Assembly (NCBI RefSeq): GCF_009914755.1
Contig: NC_060934.1
Length of the DNA: 64,000 bases
Source of the DNA: the human T2T-CHM13v2.0 reference genome, Homo sapiens
Reading direction: 5' to 3' (one strand)
The position numbers and the translations under genes are program-made. Shown here piece by piece: positions 56,287 to 64,000 of the stretch (its first letter is position 1; every line of letters starts with the position of its first letter). Under the pieces are notes generated by a model. The model had not been told where the DNA came from, did no database searches, and worked only from the letters and a program-made list of their open reading frames with translations.

Positions 56287-56581
56287 ACTGGGAGCGGTGC
56301 CTTACGCCTGTAATCTCAGCACTTTGGGAGGCCGAGGTGGGTGGATCACTTGAGGCCAAGGGTTTGAGACCAGCCTGGTCAAAATGGTGAAATCCCGTTT
56401 CTACTAAAAATATTTTTTAAAAAATAGCCGGGCATGGTGGCAGTTGCCTGTAATCCCAGCTACTCGGGAGGCTGAGGCAGAAGAATTGCTTGACCCGGGA
56501 GGTGGAGGTTGCAGTGAGCCGAGTTCATGCCACTGCACTCTGGCCTGGGCGACAAAGCAAGACTCCATATTAAAAAAAAAA
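56287..56581 (+). mobile_element. AluS/J
   Basis: Dimer with A-tail; TSD aaaa(t/g)tttccctg at 56274-56286 and 56582-56594. Confidence 0.9.
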
Positions 56582-56984
56582 AAAAGTTTCCCTGTGTTCC
56601 TCTGGAATCAATCCTCTCCCCTCTTTACTCTGGCCTATGGCAAGCATTGACCTGTTTTTGGTCCCTATAGGGTTGGTTCCCATAGATTCCTTTGTTTTTG
56701 GAATGGTGTTATATGTAGCCTTTTGTTTCTTGCTTATTTCACTTAGCTTGGTGTCTTCTGGCTTGCATAGTTTCTGATGAGAAATGAGCAATTATTCTTA
56801 TTGTTCTGTATTAAATATATTTTTCTGGCACTTTTAATGTCTTTATCACTAGTATGCAGAAACTTGATTATGATGTGACTTAAAATTATTTTTGTATCTT
56901 AATTTTAGCTTATTGACCTTCTTGCATTTGACCTTCTTGCATTTAAAGTTTTCATCAGATTTGAAAATTAGGGGGCTATTGTCT

Positions 56985-57106
56985 TTGTATAGATGGGGGT
57001 CTCGCTATGTTACCCAGGCTGGTCTCAAACTCCTGGGTTCAAACAATTCTCCCACCTTGGCTTCCCAAAGTACTGGGATTACAGGCATGAGCCACTGTGC
57101 CTGGCC
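56985..57106 (-). mobile_element. FLAM/AluJ monomer
   Basis: gatgggggtctcgctatgttacccaggctggtctcaaactcctggg. Confidence 0.85.
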
Positions 57107-59551
57107 TGGGTATTTTTCCTTCAGATATTTTTCCTGCAACTTTATTTTTCTTCTTCTCTGACTCCACTTACATGAAAAATTGACTGCTTAAAATTGTCCC
57201 ACAGATTATCTATGGTCTTTTTGTTTTTAATTCAGTCTTTTTCTGTATCTCATTTTGGATAATTTCTATTACTATGTGTTTCAGTTCACTGATCTTTTCT
57301 TCTGCAGTGTCTAATCTGATGCTTGTCTCTTCCAGATTTATTTCCCTTTATTTAAAATACATCTAGATATTCTATCTAAGTCTTTTTATGTTTATTTTTC
57401 CTTCTCATCAGTTTAAACTTTCCCTTTGTTTTCTCAAACATAGGGAGCATGTTTATAATAGCTTTGTTTTTTTCTTTTTCTTCTGATGACATGGAAGTAT
57501 AATTGCTGTTTTTATATCTGTGTCTGGTAATTTCACAATCCTTGTCACTTCTGGGTCTATTTCTACTGATAAATTATCCTCCTTATCATGAGTTAAACAT
57601 TCCTGCTTCTTTGATTGTTGGCAATTTTTATGAGATGCATGACATTGTGAATTGTGTGGTTATATGCTGGATTTTGATGTCTTTATGTAAATACTATTGG
57701 CCTTTATTCTGGCATATGTTATTTTTTTTGAAATTGGTTGAATCCTTTTGAAATTTTCTTTTATGCTTTGTTAGGACAGATTCAGAATAGCCTTGTATTA
57801 ACAGCTGTTAATACAGCCGTACTATTAAGACAATATATTTCTGAGGATTCTAGCTGATGCTATCTGTACTTCTACTCTGGCTAGTGAATGTACAAACTTT
57901 CTAACCCTGCATGAACTCCAGGAATTTCTTAGCCAATTGTTTTTGGCTGTTTGTCTGCTCGATTGGGAGCAATTTCTTCTCATGCTTGTTTAGATAGCTC
58001 AAGGAGACCCCTACAGACCTCCAGAACTCTCTTTCTCTCTCTCTCTCTCTGAAGCCCTTTCTCCCATTGTACTCTTCCTCACAAATATTAGTCATTTTGG
58101 CCTCCCCAGATTCGATTTTTCTCTTCACTATAATGATTTTGCAAGGCTCTGTTTGATTATTCTCTTCTCTGTGTTGTGGCCTAAAAATTGTCTTCAGGCC
58201 TTAAACTAAGGCAATCATAAACTTCAACTAATTTTGTCTCACTTCAATCAAAAATCACCGTCCTGCACTTCCCATTGTTCAATGTCTGAAAATCAGTGCT
58301 TTATATTTTTCCTCTGTTATCTGTTTGTATAAAATGGCACCATCTATCTGGCCCCTGTGCTTCAATATGGCCAAAAGATTAGAAAACAGAATTGTATAGA
58401 TAGAAATTTGCATTTTTGCAAGCTTTAAGCATTTTCCAAGGCATTTCTTCACATAAATGCCATGAATATTGGCAATTTAAATGAAAGAGATCAAGGTTTC
58501 CCATTACATTTTCTTTTGAATCTTCAGTACACCATTCTTTGCAGTCTCTACTTTAAAAGAGTATTTCTTCATAATAGAACATCAGGCTTCTAACCTAGCA
58601 TCTGATGTACTTATTTCTGCAATCCTAATTAGTATTTTATAAGGAGTCTCACTCTTCCTATACACTGCCACCTTCCACTTTGGGAGCGTGAATCACAATT
58701 GCCCCTTTGGCAACTTGTGAGACAGCTATTACAAGTTTAATTTTAATTTACCCCCATGCCCTTTTCTCTTCCATGACACTCACACTGACAGTTTTACCAA
58801 AACAGTTTTTGTAAAAATTTATTTCTACTTGGAATAAAGACTATATCTGTAGTCCTCACATAAAATTTTATTGTATTGTCAGATATAAAAAAAAAAACAG
58901 AAATCTTTCCCACTGGTAGTTTATTTAAGTGAAAAATAAATCAGAGGCTTGATTTTTCAGTATCTGCAGTTCTTTAGCATTCAGTTTTGTTCAGGAAAGT
59001 TGACTATCTTTTATAGAGATGAGCAGACATTCACTTCTTCATTCCTGTCTCTTCTATTTAAAATAGAATCTGTAAACTATGCTCTGGTATCTCCTCATTA
59101 AATAGTCCTTTTCCAGCAGAGTTGTAGAAATGACATTATTATTTTATGAACTTATGTCATAAATATGTATTACTTTCCTCACATGGTAATTTATTAATTT
59201 TTTTAAATTTATTTTCTTCCAAATTATTTGGACCAAAAGTGGGGATGAATTATAAGACTATTACTATTTAAACCTATTCAGTTAAGATCTTATTGTTCAG
59301 TAGACAGAAGCCCAAATATTATGACCTTCATCTCTTCATACATGTTCTGGTAGGAGTTATGACCAATCCTTGTTCACTTTTAAAGGCAAGGGTATTATTA
59401 CAGAAAAAATGATGGAAGAGGACTTAACACATCAGAAACACTGAGCTCCTTGAAGGCAAAAACTGTGTTATCAATTCTGTTTATCCAGTTCCTGGAACAC
59501 AGTTGGCTTTCAGTGAAAGTCTATGGAATTGCTTTTGTTAAATAATGCTCT

Positions 59552-59765
59552 AAACCAGTTTCACACACTGACACTATTGACGGGTGGTACCAGATAATTT
59601 ATTGCTGTAGAAGACTGTCCTGTGCATTGTAGAATGTTGAGTAGCATCCTTGGCTTCTAAATAGTGTCTTACCCCATCACCAATCTTGACAATAAAAAAC
59701 GTCTCCAGATATTACCAAATGTCTCTTGTTGGGTAAAAATGGACCCCAGTTGAGAACTGCTATTG
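59552..59765 (+). mobile_element. MER20 hAT-Charlie DNA transposon
   Basis: gacactattgac...ctgtcctgtgcattgtagaatgttgagtagcatcc...gtctccagatattaccaaatgtc...cagttgagaac. Confidence 0.85.
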
Positions 59766-62700
59766 TAAATACCCGATTGACTTATACTCTTATATCCTCC
59801 TCACTTCATAATATTCTAATGTATAGTTATCAATATTTAAAGTCAGTAAGGCATTTACAAGTTGATTTTATAAACAATATGATTATAGAATCATAGATTT
59901 TTACAACTATTACAAAAAGATGCTTGGGAAAAAGAAAGAGACTATGTAAACTACCTCTCTATAATACAGACAACAAGAACAATGAGGAAAAAGAAACAGG
60001 AATGCAAGGAAACAAAATTATGTAGGTGGGAAAAAACAACAACAACATCTTACTTTCACTTTAAATAAGTGATTTGTTAGCTGTTTGTTATTCAGTATTT
60101 TTTAGGTGCAGAAAAATGTTTAGAATCCAGGTCTGCTGATTCACATTCTATACTATTCCTACCACCACAACACACAGCTTCACACACTCCCTGTCCTGTG
60201 TGATTTTTAGCAACAAGAATAACAACAAAGATTAATATTTATCAAGCTCTTACTATATTCCTGGAAACTTGGTATGTAACCTGCACATATTTTCACATTT
60301 TCTCTCCACAGCTACTGTGGGAAAAAGTACAATTATCATCTTCATTTTATAAATTAAGAGATTAAATAAATTGGCCAATGTCACCAATCTAAGAAATGTA
60401 CTTAACTAATATTTAGCTGTTTTTAGAGGAACTTCCTGCACTTACATCTGTTGCTTAATCATTGCCATATTTTCCCCTATACATATACTCATTCCCTAAT
60501 AGACCTTATTGTTGAATATACAACATGTCTACTATCAGAGCATATCCTTATTTATTTCAGAAGAGTTCTGTTTCTACAACTAACTAACACAATGTTCAGC
60601 CCATTCCAGTTACTTTAAGACCCTCCGGAATATAAATAACAGATAATTAAAATTAATTAAAACTCTAAGACCCTTAACGAACTCATTGATCTACATTCCC
60701 AGGCACAGAAATTCACTTTAGTGTCATTCAAGATGTTTGTGACTCTAACAAACAGACATGATCTGTTTCATAAAGCAGTGATTCACATTTCATTTTGACT
60801 GTGAGACAAAAATGTGTACTGCAAAAGCCATAATAATGAATATAGCCAACATCTAGTAATGCTGGATTCATTTTCTTGGGAATGTCATTTCACACTCATT
60901 TAAGACTCAAATAAAATAGGCCATAGTAAGGTCAGATTAGGGAGGATGCAATAACTCCTCTGTTAGTGGGGGGCGTGCAGCCAAATCACAGCTATAATAC
61001 TGGAGGTGATTCACAAAAGATTACTCCCCTGAATATTAAAAAATATGTTCTAATGGCCTTAATACAAAAAATCAGAAAAGAGGTATCCTGATCCTTGCTG
61101 TTGGTATTGACTCCCTTCCCTTAATAAAGCTGTTTATCATGTTCTACCTGGTAATCTAATGAATAATTCAATTATACACCACCTTTTCATATATCAAGCC
61201 ATGGACATATTGGTTGCCTTTGAAATTTGTATTTTCACAGATACTTAAAGTGTGTACTAAAAGTTTTAGAATTTCACTTAAAATTTAATTTACATAAGCT
61301 ACATTAAAACTGCTATTATGACTTTAGTAATGGCCATAGTACAGTGTCATTAGGAAAGGGGCTGGAGATTTGAACCTTAGAGTCAGTTACCTCCCCAGGG
61401 CCAGGATGCCTTCTATGTAATTTCTTTTTTAATATTTCCAGCCACTTGAAAACTTTCAGCTTATTTAATCCTTGAAAGACTCTGGTGGTTAGAATAATCT
61501 TCCTTAACAATTTTTTCTTTTGATGATAATCAGACTTTTATTTTTATCTGTTGATCTTAAATAGTATCCACTGTATGGCAGGTACCCATTTCCAGAAGAT
61601 AGACTGCATTCGTGCAAGTAGGAAAAAAATGGGTACTTATGAATCTCCTCGAGGACATTTATTTGTTCAAAAATCACATAGGCTCTATTTTTATGTTTTT
61701 TGTAAAAGAATAGGGAGGGACGTACATTTCTGTAACCTAAATGGACTATATCTTAGAGGCTTTTGCAACTCTTAGATTGTATGAATCTCTGAATTTGTCT
61801 ATTTTCTTCCAAAGCATAAAAAAGATTTTTGTGACTAGAACTGGAACCATCCTGTAGAGATAACAAAAGTGAAGCCTGAAGAGATCATGGCATGTTGCCA
61901 AATCATTACACATAGCAACTATGGAGTTAGGAAAATAACTCCAAGGCAAGAAAGAGATCATGCTCAAGGAAGGTTAAAAAAAAAAAAAAAGAAAAGGAAA
62001 AAAAAAATGCTCTGTTTTCTGTTTTTTGTTTTTTGTGTTTTTGTTGTTGTTGTTTGTTTTAATCCTGTAAATGCCAGCTGAAGGAAAAGTTTCTGCCTCT
62101 TCTGTACTGAATTGTATCAGAAAGAGTTGGCACATATTGTCCAAATGCAATGACAAACATTATAATTATTTTCAATGGTAAAAGGAAAAAAAAAGGATAA
62201 AACTTAAGTTTTTATCTTCATGTTTCTCTTGTTATTACAAGAGACTCACATTTCTTTGCACATTTTGAATAGCAAATAACCCTTGCTGGAATGTTTCAAG
62301 GGGAATGAGACAATTCCTTTCTTTTGTCATCCTCACAGTGTTAAACAAGGCACTGATTTTCATTCTCCAAGGGTGCAATCTGACTTCATTTTATTTAGAA
62401 ACCAGGACAGCATTAAACTCAACATTTACTCCCTAGATATTAATGACAACTGCATGAAATTGCTTGTGCAAAAATTAAACTTTCTCTCTCTTGCTGCCAT
62501 TACTGATATGACAAAAAAAGTGTTAGTTTAATGGAATAAGTGATTTCTGTACTTAACAAAAAGAAAAGCATTTCCAAAAAACAAATGGTTTATTTTTTGT
62601 CTAAAAAAGATACCCTGATACCTAAGTGGCCTCCCATCACTCAACACTACGGAGATGATTAGATACTTGGCACTTTGGGGCTCCCTTGTTAACCAGAGAA

Positions 62701-63048
62701 GGTACCTTTAAAAACTAGAATCTTTTTTCTTTATTGGAAAACACGTCAAACCTAAATTTAATACAACATTTTAATATGTCCAAACTATAAAAATCAACTC
62801 TGACAAGTTCATTTCCTAATCTAAATTTTTTAATAGTAAGAGGACATCTAAGGAATATTAAGTAGTACAGCCCAGAAAATATTGCTTAGGAGCTGTGAAT
62901 ATTCCTCAAAACTAAAGATGTCCTGGATATAAGGTGTATTTCAAAATGACACATTAGACTAATATCCATTTAAAGGTAAACTGTTTTTTTACTTTGAGGG
63001 GAAAGTAAATTTTACTCTAAGGAGAAAACTATAGTTTTTCTTGTTTAA

Positions 63049-63543
<495 letters not shown>

Positions 63544-63639
63544 GCATCTCTTTCTTGAATGACGGCAATAACTGGTATGCCTCCACCTCCTCCTTTCTCT
63601 ATCTCGCTCTTTACTTTTTTCTCTCTTTTTTTCTGCTTT

Positions 63640-63975
63640 AGCACCTACTCCCTTCACACTTCTATCTAATTTACACACAACTTCCAGAATAATCTTTCTA
63701 AAATACACAATTGCTTAAACCTTTTGATGTTTCTCATATTTACAATACTCATCCTATAGCACAAGTGCCTCTGTGGGCTGGCCTAGCCTCACTCTCAGAC
63801 ATGTTTTGCCACTCTCTTCTGGCTTTTTTCCCCCTCAACAAATCAATCTATTTTCAGTTCTTGCAAAGCATCATGATCTGTCATGTCACTGTGCTCTGCC
63901 TGGGTTGTTTTCTATCCCTATTTCTCCCATGACAAGGTTCACTCAGGTCAACATTTCCAGACTGATCTCTCCCTC
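63640..63975 (+). mobile_element. L2 remnant
   Basis: ccagaataatctttctaaaatacacaattgcttaaacc. Confidence 0.55.
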
Positions 63976-64000
63976 TCTCTATCTTATATATGTGTGTACT

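Larger units (their letters stand above)
56150..58380 (-). mobile_element. Old L1M fragments (3' and ORF1 parts) split by Alu and FLAM
   Basis: tttctgatgagaaatgagc; tctattactatgtgtttcagttcactgatcttttcttctgcagtgtctaatctg. Confidence 0.7.

Noticed and set aside
61922-61943. 8-bp stem TGGAGTTA/TAACTCCA as a terminator or ncRNA
   Set aside because: Short hairpins of this size are expected by chance in 64 kb, and the DNA is eukaryotic.

Overview
AT-rich primate genomic DNA, probably human or another great ape: it carries an L1PA2-type insertion and AluS/AluY elements. It looks intergenic or deep-intronic. I find no recognisable protein-coding gene, tRNA, rRNA or CRISPR array. The longer ORFs in the track are mostly L1, Alu or LTR read-through, or random AT-rich frames. 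Much of the window is interspersed repeat: L1s of many ages (two twin-primed inversions and one ORF1-ORF2 internal deletion), about nine Alu/FLAM copies, solo LTRs (MER31-, MER50-, MER61-, MER74-, LTR13A-, LTR1-like and MaLRs), MER20/MER53 DNA transposons, and L2/MIR. Subfamily names come from my recollection of consensus sequences, and boundaries without a TSD are approximate. I cannot support a new biological system. The best leads are: (1) a solo poly(A) retro-insertion with a perfect 18-bp TSD inside a strong candidate cassette exon at 42051-42194, adding an in-frame poly-Lys stretch; (2) a near-consensus p53 element in a MER61 LTR; (3) a rearranged L1 with splice signals that could exonise it; (4) a switch in retroelement orientation near 28-30 kb, next to a repeat-poor block with palindromic motifs; (5) an old ~80-bp direct repeat. 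The locus cannot be identified from sequence alone.
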